Assembly: GCA_031425655.1 (NCBI GenBank)
Contig: JANPJS010000034.1
Span: forward strand, 31,805 to 95,804
Reading direction: 5' to 3'
DNA: 64,000 nt
DNA from: Abditibacteriaceae bacterium
Lineage (GTDB): Bacteria > Armatimonadota > Abditibacteriia > Abditibacteriales > Abditibacteriaceae
The translations under genes and the position numbers were made by a program. The notes under the pieces are model-generated. The model had not been told where the DNA came from. It did not search any database and worked only from the letters and a program-made list of their open reading frames with translations. Each line of letters starts with the position of its first letter. Within the stretch, counting starts at the first letter, position 1. Shown here one piece after another: positions 29,766-39,085 of the stretch.

Positions 29766-29972
29766 TTAGACGCTGTGCTTGACGTTGGCGGCGCGCAAAC
29801 CTTTGTCGGCTTGAGCCAGTTCAAACTCGACGACCTGGCCTTCTTTGAGCGAACGATAGCCGTCCATTTCAATGGAAGAATGGTGGACGAATACGTCTTC
29901 GCCGCCGCCTTCCTGCTCGATGAAACCGAAGCCTTTGGTGTCGTTAAACCACTTCACGGTGCCTTTTGCCAT
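29766..29972 (-). CDS. cspA: Cold-shock protein
   Basis: GTVKWFN..KGFGFI, DVFVH.S.I...GYRSL.EGQ; AGGAGA RBS. Confidence 0.96.
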   Translation of the reverse strand: MAKGTVKWFNDTKGFGFIEQEGGGEDVFVHHSSIEMDGYRSLKEGQVVEFELAQADKGLRAANVKHSV

Positions 29973-30088
29973 TGCGACAATTCTCCTGTGCTGGCGCCAC
30001 GCCGGGAACTTGCTTGAGACTTTTACAGCCATCTGCATCGTCCGTCATTGGTCAGCTAAACAAAATTAGTTCTTGCGAACTTGCGGCA

Positions 30089-30117
30089 ATTATAAATGGC
30101 GTCGATTTTGCTGTCAA
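30089..30117 (-). promoter_or_regulatory. Perfect sigma70 promoter for csp
   Basis: Minus strand TTGACA-17 nt-TATAAT, about 115 nt upstream of the ATG. Confidence 0.9.
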
Positions 30118-30152
30118 GAGTGCCCCCCGATTGGGCCGCACTTCGTAGTCTT

Positions 30153-31097
30153 TCAACAAGAGTCAAGCGCAGGGTTGTGCCACACCTGGCATCCATCTCT
30201 GGACAGAAACATCTCATGCTGTTCCTGCCGATAGCGACAGCTTTCGTCGGCTTCTAAAATCCAGCCCTGTCCGGCCAGTTCCGCCAGTAATTTTTCCTCG
30301 ATCAGACGGCTATGCGTGCCGATGACAAGGCGCCGCACTTTCCTCTTAAGCGCTTGGCGGGAGCAGCGCAGCACTTCGTATTCGTGACCTTGAATATCAA
30401 TATGCACCAAATCCACGCGCTCAAAAGGTTTCAGTAACGTGGGGATAGAATAGCTTGTGATGCGCTCAACCGGTGATGCGCCGGTCTTGCCGTGACGCAC
30501 GTAATGCGCCGCCGCTCGGACTGGCCGCAAAACACGTCGGGCTAAGCGTTCTGCGGGCGATTTGTGCAAATTAACGGCTGCCGCGCCCCAATCATGAGCG
30601 GGATCGAGAAGGGTGGGAAACTCGGCCACGCCATCTCGCTGCGCGACGATGCCCTGCAACAGCGTGTGTTGCCGCACATCGAGTCCGTTATCGGCAAAGT
30701 GTGATCTCATGTAATCGCAATGCTCCTCCGAAGCCTCCACACCTACCAGATGCACTTCAGCAACGCCGCGCAGTTGAGCGGCGCGGGCCACGGTCACCAG
30801 CCACGGCGCCCAGCCAGCGCCCAGCTCGCAGGCCACGATTTTCGGCCCGGCAGTCAGCACGGCACGGAGCACACCGGCCCATTCCAGCGCGGTCGCATGA
30901 AAATTCGTAGGAATTGGGTAATCTTCAATGCTGCTACCACCTCCGGCCAGCATCGAAATGTAAGCGATGCGCGTTTTAGTGCCTAGAAAGTCAATGACGT
31001 GATCCGGGCTGGCCGCTCCCTGGTAGCGCGGAAAAGAACGGATAACTTCCTCGTCTGTGAGCGGGAACTCGGTGGAAATGGTCATAAAATGGGCCAA
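30153..31097 (-). CDS. FkbM-like SAM-dependent methyltransferase
   Basis: ELGAGWAPW, VGVEA, VDLVHIDIQGHEYEVL, LVIGTHS. Confidence 0.8.
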   Translation of the reverse strand: MAHFMTISTEFPLTDEEVIRSFPRYQGAASPDHVIDFLGTKTRIAYISMLAGGGSSIEDYPIPTNFHATALEWAGVLRAVLTAGPKIVACELGAGWAPWLVTVARAAQLRGVAEVHLVGVEASEEHCDYMRSHFADNGLDVRQHTLLQGIVAQRDGVAEFPTLLDPAHDWGAAAVNLHKSPAERLARRVLRPVRAAAHYVRHGKTGASPVERITSYSIPTLLKPFERVDLVHIDIQGHEYEVLRCSRQALKRKVRRLVIGTHSRLIEEKLLAELAGQGWILEADESCRYRQEQHEMFLSRDGCQVWHNPALDSC

Positions 31098-31227
31098 TGT
31101 TTTTAATGTGCCGTTCGCACTTGCAAAATGTCGTGAAACAACGATTCCAACCGCGCGAGCCGACTGAGCCTATCTTTTCTTGAGACCCGGATTGCAAGGC
31201 GGCGATGTGTCTTTTGTGAGCCGGCCA

Positions 31228-31256
31228 TTGCTTGACGCCGCGTGTCCCGCTACATT
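31228..31256 (+). promoter_or_regulatory. Candidate sigma70 promoter giving a leaderless glgA mRNA
   Basis: TTGCTT-17 nt-TACATT ending 7 nt before the ATG; no SD. Confidence 0.55.
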
Positions 31257-31263
31257 TTAAGCC

Positions 31264-32760
31264 ATGCTCACCACCAAATCGCCTCTTAAAATTGTCTTCA
31301 TCGCCTCGGAATGCGCGCCGTATGCCAAAACCGGCGGCTTGGCCGACGCCGTGGCCGGTCTTGCCAAAGCCCTCGTCGGCGCCGGGCACGACGTGCGCGT
31401 GATTATTCCGCTTTACGCGGCCATTGACCGCATTCGTTACGAAATTCAGCCCGATGGCGATTCGTGCGCGCACATGGGCGAAGGCGAAGAACAGTGGGTC
31501 GGCGTTCACAAAGCGCTGCTCGACGGCGTGGTGCCCGTTTGGTTCGTGGACTGCGAACGCTATTTCGGCAGGCCCGGCTATTATGATTTCGGCGGCGGCG
31601 AATACTCGGATAACGCTTTTCGCTACGCTCTGTTTTCCAAAGCCGCGCTGCAAATCTGCAAAGATCGCGCGTGGACGCCGGACGTGGCGCACATTCACGA
31701 TTGGCCAACCGGACTTGTGCCGGTCTTTCTGAAAACGTGGGATCGCATTTTGTCGCCTCTCTCGAATACGGCCAGCGTATTGACGATTCACAATATCGGC
31801 TATCAGGGCGTTTATCACGACTCGGTTTTTCGTTATATCGGCATCGGAGTCGAGCATTTTCGCTCCGACCGCCTTGAAGATCACGGACGCATGAATTTGC
31901 TCAAAGCCGGCGTCAACTATGCCGACGCCATCACGACGGTTTCGCCGACGCACGCGCAGGAAATACTCACAACCGAAGGCGCGCACGGTTTGGCGCCGTA
32001 TCTCAATTATCGCCGCCGCGACCTGTTTGGCATTCTCAACGGCGTGGATTACGATCACTGGGATCCGGCGACCGATAAATTGATTCCCGCGAACTTCACG
32101 CCCGCCGATTTATCGGGCAAAGCGACGTGCAAACGCGCTTTGCAAGAGCGTTTTGGCCTCGAACAGCGCGAAGATGTGCCGATTTTCGGCATCGTGTCGC
32201 GTTTTGCCCATCAAAAAGGCTTTCATCTGCTGCGCGAGGCTTTGCCGCGCATTGTTAACACCATGAACATTCAAGTCGTGGTGCTGGGCAGCGGCGATGA
32301 CGACACGGAAAACTTCTTTCACTGGCTGACGGCCACGCATCCGGGCCGCGTCGGCAGTTACATCGGCTTCTCGAACCAACTGGCGCACCTCATCGAAGCG
32401 GGCAGCGATTTCTTCCTCATGCCTTCGCTTTACGAGCCGTGCGGCTTGAACCAAATCTACTCGTTGAAATACGGCACGCTGCCGGTTGTCCACGCCACGG
32501 GCGGGCTTGACGACACCGTCGAAAACTACGACCAAAGCACGGGCGGCGGCACCGGCTTCAAATTCTGGGGCGCCACAGCCGGCGCGCTTTACGACACGGT
32601 CGGCTGGGCCAACGCAACGTGGTGGGACAGACCGAAACACATCGCACAACTTCGACAGAACGCGATGGCCAAGCACTTTTCATGGGACGACACGGTGCCG
32701 GAATATATGCAGGTTTACGAACACGCGATTCAAAACCGGCGCGGCCTCGGAGCCAATTAA
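31264..32760 (+). CDS. glgA: Glycogen synthase
   Basis: SEC.P.AKTGGLAD, HIHDW, TIHNIGYQG, GILNGVDY..WDP, MPSLYEPCGL.Q. Confidence 0.97.
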   Translation: MLTTKSPLKIVFIASECAPYAKTGGLADAVAGLAKALVGAGHDVRVIIPLYAAIDRIRYEIQPDGDSCAHMGEGEEQWVGVHKALLDGVVPVWFVDCERYFGRPGYYDFGGGEYSDNAFRYALFSKAALQICKDRAWTPDVAHIHDWPTGLVPVFLKTWDRILSPLSNTASVLTIHNIGYQGVYHDSVFRYIGIGVEHFRSDRLEDHGRMNLLKAGVNYADAITTVSPTHAQEILTTEGAHGLAPYLNYRRRDLFGILNGVDYDHWDPATDKLIPANFTPADLSGKATCKRALQERFGLEQREDVPIFGIVSRFAHQKGFHLLREALPRIVNTMNIQVVVLGSGDDDTENFFHWLTATHPGRVGSYIGFSNQLAHLIEAGSDFFLMPSLYEPCGLNQIYSLKYGTLPVVHATGGLDDTVENYDQSTGGGTGFKFWGATAGALYDTVGWANATWWDRPKHIAQLRQNAMAKHFSWDDTVPEYMQVYEHAIQNRRGLGAN

Positions 32761-32823
32761 ACACAAAGGCGCAAAGGCACAAAGAGAAAATTCTTTGTGT
32801 CTTTGTGCCTTTGTGTTTAATTG
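32754..32823. repeat. Family C palindrome (CACAAAGG units) overlapping the glgA stop
   Basis: CAATTAAACACAAAGGCGCAAAGGCACAAAGA / TCTTTGTGTCTTTGTGCCTTTGTGTTTAATTG. Confidence 0.9.
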
Positions 32824-32828
32824 AATTT

Positions 32829-35090
32829 ATGCTTCGCCTCCTTTGTCTTTCGTTAATTCTCACGTTTCCCGCGTTGGCCCAACCCGACACGCGCGCTATC
32901 GCGCAACGCCTCGCCGTTGCCAACGAAAAGTTCTGGAGAGCCACGCAGGAGCCGAAAGGCAGCGTCGCAGCGCGCACCCTGTTCGCTTATGCGTTCGTGC
33001 TGTGCGAGGCGAATCAGAATCTCGAACGCCTCGAACCGCTTTTCGATCTCGCGGCGCGGATGCAAGACCGCAACGAGGCCAGCAAAAGCTTCGGCAACTT
33101 CAAGTGGAAATGGGAAGACAAAGCCATCGTAGATTACAACGCGGTGGATTTTTCGATGCGCGGCGGCTCGCTGCTCTGGCTCAAGCACCGCGATAAAATC
33201 CCGGCCTCGGCGCGTGCAAAGCTCGCCGAACTTCTGAAATTCGCCACGCAAGGCTGTCTGCGCCACAAGGTCAACGAAGCCTACACCAACATCGCGCTGA
33301 TGAACGCCGGCGATTTGATTCTGCTCGGCGAGGCGCAAAACCTGCCCGCCGTGGCCGACGAAGGCTACAAACGCCTCGAACGCGCCCTGCTTTACACCCA
33401 CGAATTCGGCACCCACGAATACGTCAGCCCGACCTATTACGGCCCCGACCTCGACGCGCTGGTGATGATCGAAGCCTATGCGAAGCGCGAGCGCGGCGTG
33501 GAGCAGGCGCGGGCGTTATTAAATTATTTCTGGCACGACATCGCGCTCAACTGGTTCGCGCCCGCGCAGAAGCTTTCCGGCGCCCATTCGCGCTCCTACG
33601 ATTATCTGCGCGGGCTTGGCGAAGCCGACAAACACTTCGTGCAAGCCGGTTGGCTGGAAGGCGAACTGCGCGAACTTGACAGCATTTACACCGCACAGGC
33701 GCGCTGGATGCCGCCCGCCGAATTAAAGACGCTGAACGCGCAATATCCGCGACTCGTGCAGCAAAAATGGGGCGTGGAAGCCGCGCAATGGCGCACGAAC
33801 TTTGTGCAACGCGACGTGGCGCTGTCCACGGCGGGCGCGTCCTACGGCGGCAAGATGGACTTTCCGCTGACGGTGGATTTTCCCGGCCCACGCGATAGCG
33901 TGCGCTGTTATTTCACCAGCGACGGGCGCGGCGACCCCTACGGCAAAATCAAAATCGCCGAAAGCGCCACGCACAGCAAAGCGTTGCATTTGAACCCGCT
34001 CTGGACTGCGAGGCAGGTTCAAAGCAAAGCCATTGGCATTGTAAGGTATCGCGATGGTGACATTCCGCCCGAAGCGGAAAATTTGGAATCGCATTTCGTG
34101 ATGCCTTTCGACAACGATGGCTTATGGATTGACGACCGCAAAATTGAATTTGTCAAAGGACAGGCGGCGAGCTTTGCCGTTCAGTCGAAAGAAACGGTAT
34201 CTCTGCGGAAAGGCAGTGCCGGATTGATTTTGCGGGTGCCTTGGTCGGCGGACATCAAGGGCGAAGGCGCGCCGGTTAGTCTGGTTTATGACGGCAATGC
34301 GTTCGGCGCAATTCGGCTCACCGTGACGCACTGTCGCGGCGTGCCAATTGGCGTTGTAAAGCAGGAACAGAATTTATCCGGCGCTGCGTTTGTCGTGAAT
34401 GTGGGCAGCGACTTGAAGTCCGACGAAAATTTGCAGGTCTTTCGCCGCCGGATTCTTGAACGCCCGATTGGTATCATGATTTTGCCGGGTGCCGGGGCGA
34501 TTATCTCGAACGGGCAAACTTTCCCGGTCAACTTGCCAGCAGGCGCCGGAACTCTTTGGCACAACGGCCAAGAAATTGGCCGCAAAATTCTCGAAGCCGC
34601 CGAACCGCTGAAAAGCGGCACGCGCATCGGCGCCGTGCCCGAATTGAAGCTTCCCGCGACCGGCGGCGTGTATTTCGAGGCCGAAACGGGCCAAATCATG
34701 CCCGGCTTTGAAATCGGCGGCGACGCGGCGGCTTCGGGCGGCAAATTCGTGTGGATGCCGGGCGAACCCGGTCTGGGCGGAGGCGGCAACGGCAACGCGA
34801 CGTGGGCGCTCAATCCGGCGCAGCCCGGCGATTATACCCTGTGGGGCCGCGTGATGGCCGCAACGCCCGACGACGATTCGTTTTTCGTGCGCCTTTTCGG
34901 CGACACAGCCGAGCAGTTGCCCGCGACAACGTGGAGCATCGGCACGCACGCGCAATGGGAATGGGTGCGCTTCGACCAAAAACTGCCGCTGCCGCAAGGC
35001 TTAATCCGCTTGCAACTGCGCGTGCGCGAAGACTGCGCGAAGATTGACCGTTTGTTTTTGACGCGCGACGCGAAAGAAACCCCAAAATAA
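32829..35090 (+). CDS. Secreted hypothetical protein; helical lyase/heparinase-like N-region and CBM-like C-terminus
   Basis: Signal peptide ending ALA-Q; YTNIALM, EY.SPTY, GAHSRSY; C-terminal FEAE..ASGG...W.RV...DDSF..RED...D. Confidence 0.6.
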   Translation: MLRLLCLSLILTFPALAQPDTRAIAQRLAVANEKFWRATQEPKGSVAARTLFAYAFVLCEANQNLERLEPLFDLAARMQDRNEASKSFGNFKWKWEDKAIVDYNAVDFSMRGGSLLWLKHRDKIPASARAKLAELLKFATQGCLRHKVNEAYTNIALMNAGDLILLGEAQNLPAVADEGYKRLERALLYTHEFGTHEYVSPTYYGPDLDALVMIEAYAKRERGVEQARALLNYFWHDIALNWFAPAQKLSGAHSRSYDYLRGLGEADKHFVQAGWLEGELRELDSIYTAQARWMPPAELKTLNAQYPRLVQQKWGVEAAQWRTNFVQRDVALSTAGASYGGKMDFPLTVDFPGPRDSVRCYFTSDGRGDPYGKIKIAESATHSKALHLNPLWTARQVQSKAIGIVRYRDGDIPPEAENLESHFVMPFDNDGLWIDDRKIEFVKGQAASFAVQSKETVSLRKGSAGLILRVPWSADIKGEGAPVSLVYDGNAFGAIRLTVTHCRGVPIGVVKQEQNLSGAAFVVNVGSDLKSDENLQVFRRRILERPIGIMILPGAGAIISNGQTFPVNLPAGAGTLWHNGQEIGRKILEAAEPLKSGTRIGAVPELKLPATGGVYFEAETGQIMPGFEIGGDAAASGGKFVWMPGEPGLGGGGNGNATWALNPAQPGDYTLWGRVMAATPDDDSFFVRLFGDTAEQLPATTWSIGTHAQWEWVRFDQKLPLPQGLIRLQLRVREDCAKIDRLFLTRDAKETPK

Positions 35091-35092
35091 AA

Positions 35093-35246
35093 TCTCTCGC
35101 AAAGACGTCCTGCCCAAAGGGCGCCCGGCGCAAAGAGTTTTTGAACGGGACGTAATGGGCAAGGCGGTGAATCGCATACCATATCCGCGCAACCGCCTTG
35201 CCCTTCTTCAAAAAAACTCTTTGCGCCTTGGCGTCTTTGCGAGAGA
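35093..35246. repeat. Family C-like palindrome (CGCAAAGA units) with nested hairpin and 19-nt insert
   Basis: TCTCTCGCAAAGACG...GGCGCAAAGAGTTTT vs AAAACTCTTTGCGCCTTGGCGTCTTTGCGAGAGA; inner stem GGGCAAGGCGGT / ACCGCCTTGCCC. Confidence 0.88.
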
Positions 35247-35269
35247 CAAAAACGTCTCTGCGGTGAAAA

Positions 35270-37171
35270 TTACACCACGCCGCCTTCCATTTGCTGTGCC
35301 CACAGGTCGGCGTAATAGCTGTTTAGCACCATTAATTCTTCGTGGGTGCCCATTTCGACGATGCGACCTTTGTTCATGGCGACGATTAAATCGGCAGTGC
35401 GCGCCACGCTCAATCGGTGCGCGATGATGAACGTAGTGCGGCCCGATGACAGGCGATCTAACGCTTCCAAAACGAGCGATTCGCTGGTCGCATCGAGGTT
35501 GCTGGTCGCTTCGTCCAAAATCAGCAGCGCCGGGTCTTTCAAAAAGGCGCGTCCGATGGCGATGCGTTGCACTTGGCCGCCTGAAAGCCCGACGCCGCGC
35601 TCGCCGACGATGGTGTCGTAGCCATCGGGCAGTTGCAAAATAAATTGCTCGGCGTTGGCGGCTCTGGCGGCGGCGTGGATTTCTTCGTCGCTGGCGCCGC
35701 GCCGTCCGTAAAGTAGGTTTTCGCGGACGGTGCCGCGAAACAAGACCGGCGCCTGCGGCACGATGCCGATGTTGCCGCGCAGCGAGTTGGTCGTCACGGT
35801 TTGAATATCCTGGCCGTCAATCAGAATACGGCCTTGTTCGGGTGCATAAAAGCGCGAAAGCAGGCTCATCAGCGTGCTTTTGCCTGAACCGCTGCCGCCG
35901 ACTAAAACCACGCGACCGCCCGGTTTGGCCTCGAAATTCACGTCTTGTAAAATCCATTTGCGCTCTTCGTCCGGGTAGCGAAACGAAATGCGCTCGAAGC
36001 GCACCCCGGCTGGCCGCGTGACCTGCAAATCTTTGGCGTTTTCGGCGTCTTTGATGGCCGGAACCGTGTCGAAAAACTCGGCCACGCGGTCGGCGGCGAC
36101 GGCGGTGACTTGCAACTGCGCGAACATATTGTTGATGAAGTTGACCGGCGCCAGCAGCATACCTGTATACAGATAAAACAGAACTACATCGCCTTCGGTG
36201 GCCTGCCCATGAATCACGCGATAAGCGCCGAAAACCAAGACGATAATCGTTCCCAATGTGGAAAGCGATTCCGAAACCATCATCAATACGGCTTGCAAAA
36301 ACACTTGGCGCAGCGTATAGCCGCGCAGAACCCGCACCTGGCCTTGCACGCGGCGACGTTCGTAGTCTTCATTGGTGAAGCTTTGCACTTCGCGGATCAT
36401 CGAAATGCGCTCTTGCAAATGCCCTGCAACGCGCGAGTTGGTTTCCAGCGTTTGACGGCTGGCGCGGCGCACACGGCCTTTCATGGCGCGCGTGGTGAGG
36501 CCAAAAGCCGGAACGGTTGCCAGCGACACCAAAGCCCATTGCCAGTCGTGATGAAAAAGCATACACAGCGACCAAATGGCGATCATGGCCTGCTGCGCGC
36601 CTTGAATGAAGAGCATATCGAAGGCGTTTTGTGCCGTCGCTACGTCGCCCATCACGCGCGTGACAATCGAACCCGTCGGGCGTTGATTGTGAAACTCCAG
36701 CGACAGCCTTTGAATGTGGTCGAAAAGCTGATAGCGAATGTCGCGCACGGCGTTGGTTTCGGCGACTTTGGCCCAATAATGCCGCGACAAAGTCACAATC
36801 GCGTGCATCACCATCAGGCCGGCGAGCAGCGGCATCATATTGAACAATGTTTCCAGCCGCTGGGCTTGCGTGGCGCCATGAACGCGAATGACATTGTCCA
36901 TCACGTTCTTGAAGAACAGCGGCATATACAGCGGCAAAATCGTGCGTAGCAGGCCGGTGACGGTCGCGCCGACCAGCCACCAAGCGTAAGGTTTGGTGAA
37001 AGCCAGCAGGCGCCAGAGGTTTTTCAAACTGCCGTCGTCGGGAGCGGTGCTGCGTTCGGGATGGCGCCTGTCGGGGCGCGAGAAAACCGGCGGAATGGAT
37101 TGGGGCGGAGCGGCCTGCGTGCTTCTCGTGGAAGGAGCAGTCGCGCCGCGTGTGAAGTGGAAACTTCTCAT
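35270..37171 (-). CDS. ABC exporter, fused TMD-NBD (MsbA/Sav1866 type)
   Basis: TM region, GGSGSGKS, LSGGQ, ILDEATS.LD, IAHRLS. Confidence 0.93.
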   Translation of the reverse strand: MRSFHFTRGATAPSTRSTQAAPPQSIPPVFSRPDRRHPERSTAPDDGSLKNLWRLLAFTKPYAWWLVGATVTGLLRTILPLYMPLFFKNVMDNVIRVHGATQAQRLETLFNMMPLLAGLMVMHAIVTLSRHYWAKVAETNAVRDIRYQLFDHIQRLSLEFHNQRPTGSIVTRVMGDVATAQNAFDMLFIQGAQQAMIAIWSLCMLFHHDWQWALVSLATVPAFGLTTRAMKGRVRRASRQTLETNSRVAGHLQERISMIREVQSFTNEDYERRRVQGQVRVLRGYTLRQVFLQAVLMMVSESLSTLGTIIVLVFGAYRVIHGQATEGDVVLFYLYTGMLLAPVNFINNMFAQLQVTAVAADRVAEFFDTVPAIKDAENAKDLQVTRPAGVRFERISFRYPDEERKWILQDVNFEAKPGGRVVLVGGSGSGKSTLMSLLSRFYAPEQGRILIDGQDIQTVTTNSLRGNIGIVPQAPVLFRGTVRENLLYGRRGASDEEIHAAARAANAEQFILQLPDGYDTIVGERGVGLSGGQVQRIAIGRAFLKDPALLILDEATSNLDATSESLVLEALDRLSSGRTTFIIAHRLSVARTADLIVAMNKGRIVEMGTHEELMVLNSYYADLWAQQMEGGVV

Positions 37172-37373
37172 GGCGGGGACTCTTCGTTACTTCGCGGAGA
37201 CACTTCGGCTGAAGCGAAACCAGAATTAAGGCGCTAAACGTCGCGCGACGAACCTTGTCTTAACCCATCATGCCACGCTTGTTAACCCAAAAAGCCAGTT
37301 TTATAAGTGTGCTTAGCGGAAGCGGTGTAATGATGGAGGGGCAACTTTGACCGCGATTTTTAGATTCTTCAAG

Positions 37374-37525
37374 GCAGGGCAAACGCATGAGGATTTTTAA
37401 GAGCAAAAGCGGTTGTCATTCTGAGCGGGCGCCCTCTGGGCAGGATTTGCTCGGAATGACACTCCTCTTTGGCCTCCCAATTCTCTAATGCGATTGCCCT
37501 GCAGGGCAATCGCATGAGGATTTTT
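37374..37525. repeat. Complex repeat region upstream of icd
   Basis: 25-bp direct repeat 37374..37398 / 37501..37525; perfect 28-bp palindrome 37488..37515; GTCATTCTGAGC...GCTCGGAATGAC hairpin 37415..37460. Confidence 0.85.
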
Positions 37526-37587
37526 CGGTGTTTCCCAGAACTTGCCCTGCACCGCCAACCCAGGCGCGACGTTTTGCCGCAGTGCTT

Positions 37588-37596
37588 TGATATAAT
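37588..37596 (+). promoter_or_regulatory. Extended -10 promoter candidate for icd
   Basis: TGATATAAT 44 nt upstream of the ATG. Confidence 0.6.
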
Positions 37597-37640
37597 GGCT
37601 TCGGGTTGCAAAACCTGAAACCTCGAAACGGGTAGGAACT

Positions 37641-38948
37641 ATGAGCGAAGCGACTTCAACTCTCTCCGGCGAAAAAATTAGCATTGAAAATGGCATTTTG
37701 AACGTGCCCGACAACCCGATTATTCCCTTCGTGCGCGGCGACGGCACCGGCCCCGACATCTGGGCGGCGTCCGTGCGCGTCTTCGATGCCGCTGTCGAAA
37801 AAGCTTACGGCGGCCAGCGGAGCATCGCGTGGAAGGAAGTTTTTGCGGGCGAAACCGCGTTTACACAGTTCAATAACTGGCTGCCGGACGAAACTGTCGA
37901 AGCCTTCCGCGAATATCTGGTCGGCATCAAAGGGCCTCTGACCACGCCGGTTGGCGGCGGCATCAGCAGCCTGAACGTGGCGCTGCGCCAGATGCTCGAT
38001 CTTTACGTTTGCCTGCGTCCCGTGCGTTATTTTGAGGGCACGCCGTCGCCGGTCAAGCACCCCGAAAAAGTCGAAATGGTGATCTTCCGCGAAAATACCG
38101 AAGACATCTACGCTGGCCTTGATTTCAAGGCCGGTTCGGAAGAATCCATCAAAATGCTGCTCTTTTTGAAGGAGAATTTTCCCGATCAATTGAAGAAAAT
38201 TCGCTTCGCCAATGATGAACCGGTGCGCGTCGGCTTTGGCATCAAGCCGGTCAGCCGTCCGGGAACCGAGCGTTTAATCGGCGCGGCCATCGAATATGCC
38301 ATTCGCCACAAGCGCAAAAGCGTGACGATTGTCCACAAGGGCAACATCATGAAGCACACCGAAGGCGCCTTCCGCGATTGGGGCTACGCGCACGCCGAGC
38401 GCATTTACGGACAGCACGTTTACACCTGGGCGACGTGGGAACGCACCAAAAAAGAAGTCGGCGAATCCGCCGCCAACGCCGAGCAAAAAGCCGCGTTAGC
38501 CGCCGGAAAAATCCTGATTAAAGACGCGATTGCCGACATCACTTTGCAACAAGTGCTGACGCGCCCCGAAGATTTCGATGTCATCGCCACGCTGAACCTG
38601 AACGGCGATTATCTCAGCGATGCCTTAGCCGCGCAGGTTGGCGGCATCGGCATCGCGCCGGGCGGCAACATCAATTACTCGACGGGCCACGCCATTTTCG
38701 AGGCCACGCACGGCACCGCGCCCAAATACGCCGATCAAGACAAAGTCAATCCCGGCTCGGTCGTTTTGTCGGGCGAAATGATGCTGCGCTATTTGGGTTG
38801 GGGCGAGGCCGCCGACCTGATTATCAAAGGCATTGACGGCGCCATTAAATCCAAGCGCGTCACTTACGATTTCGCGCGCTTGATGGACGGCGCGACAGAA
38901 ATCAAATGCTCGGAATTCGGCCAGAACATCATTGACCACATGGCGTGA
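37641..38948 (+). CDS. icd: NADP-dependent isocitrate dehydrogenase
   Basis: [62 protein letters not shown]. Confidence 0.97.
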   Translation: MSEATSTLSGEKISIENGILNVPDNPIIPFVRGDGTGPDIWAASVRVFDAAVEKAYGGQRSIAWKEVFAGETAFTQFNNWLPDETVEAFREYLVGIKGPLTTPVGGGISSLNVALRQMLDLYVCLRPVRYFEGTPSPVKHPEKVEMVIFRENTEDIYAGLDFKAGSEESIKMLLFLKENFPDQLKKIRFANDEPVRVGFGIKPVSRPGTERLIGAAIEYAIRHKRKSVTIVHKGNIMKHTEGAFRDWGYAHAERIYGQHVYTWATWERTKKEVGESAANAEQKAALAAGKILIKDAIADITLQQVLTRPEDFDVIATLNLNGDYLSDALAAQVGGIGIAPGGNINYSTGHAIFEATHGTAPKYADQDKVNPGSVVLSGEMMLRYLGWGEAADLIIKGIDGAIKSKRVTYDFARLMDGATEIKCSEFGQNIIDHMA

Positions 38949-38951
38949 TTG

Positions 38952-39066
38952 AGAAATGCAAAATGAAAAATGCAAAATTTAAAATGCAAAAGCGGTCGCG
39001 CGACGGCATATTCGGGATAAGCGGAACTTCATTTTTTCATTTTTCATTTTTCATTTTGCATTTTCT
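38952..39066. repeat. Heptamer-based palindrome (AAAATGC/AAAATGA units)
   Basis: AAATGCAAAATGAAAAATGCAAAATTTAAAATGCAAAA / TTTTCATTTTTCATTTTTCATTTTGCATTTT. Confidence 0.88.
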
Positions 39067-39085
39067 GCGTTCGGGGCGTTTTGGT

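Noticed and set aside
30991..32058. 355-aa antisense ORF
   Set aside because: Shadow of glgA with no independent coding evidence
37371..37420. CAGGGCAAAC resembling the 5' part of a c-di-GMP-I riboswitch
   Set aside because: No GAAA-capped stem or downstream conserved elements; better explained as part of a direct repeat/palindrome
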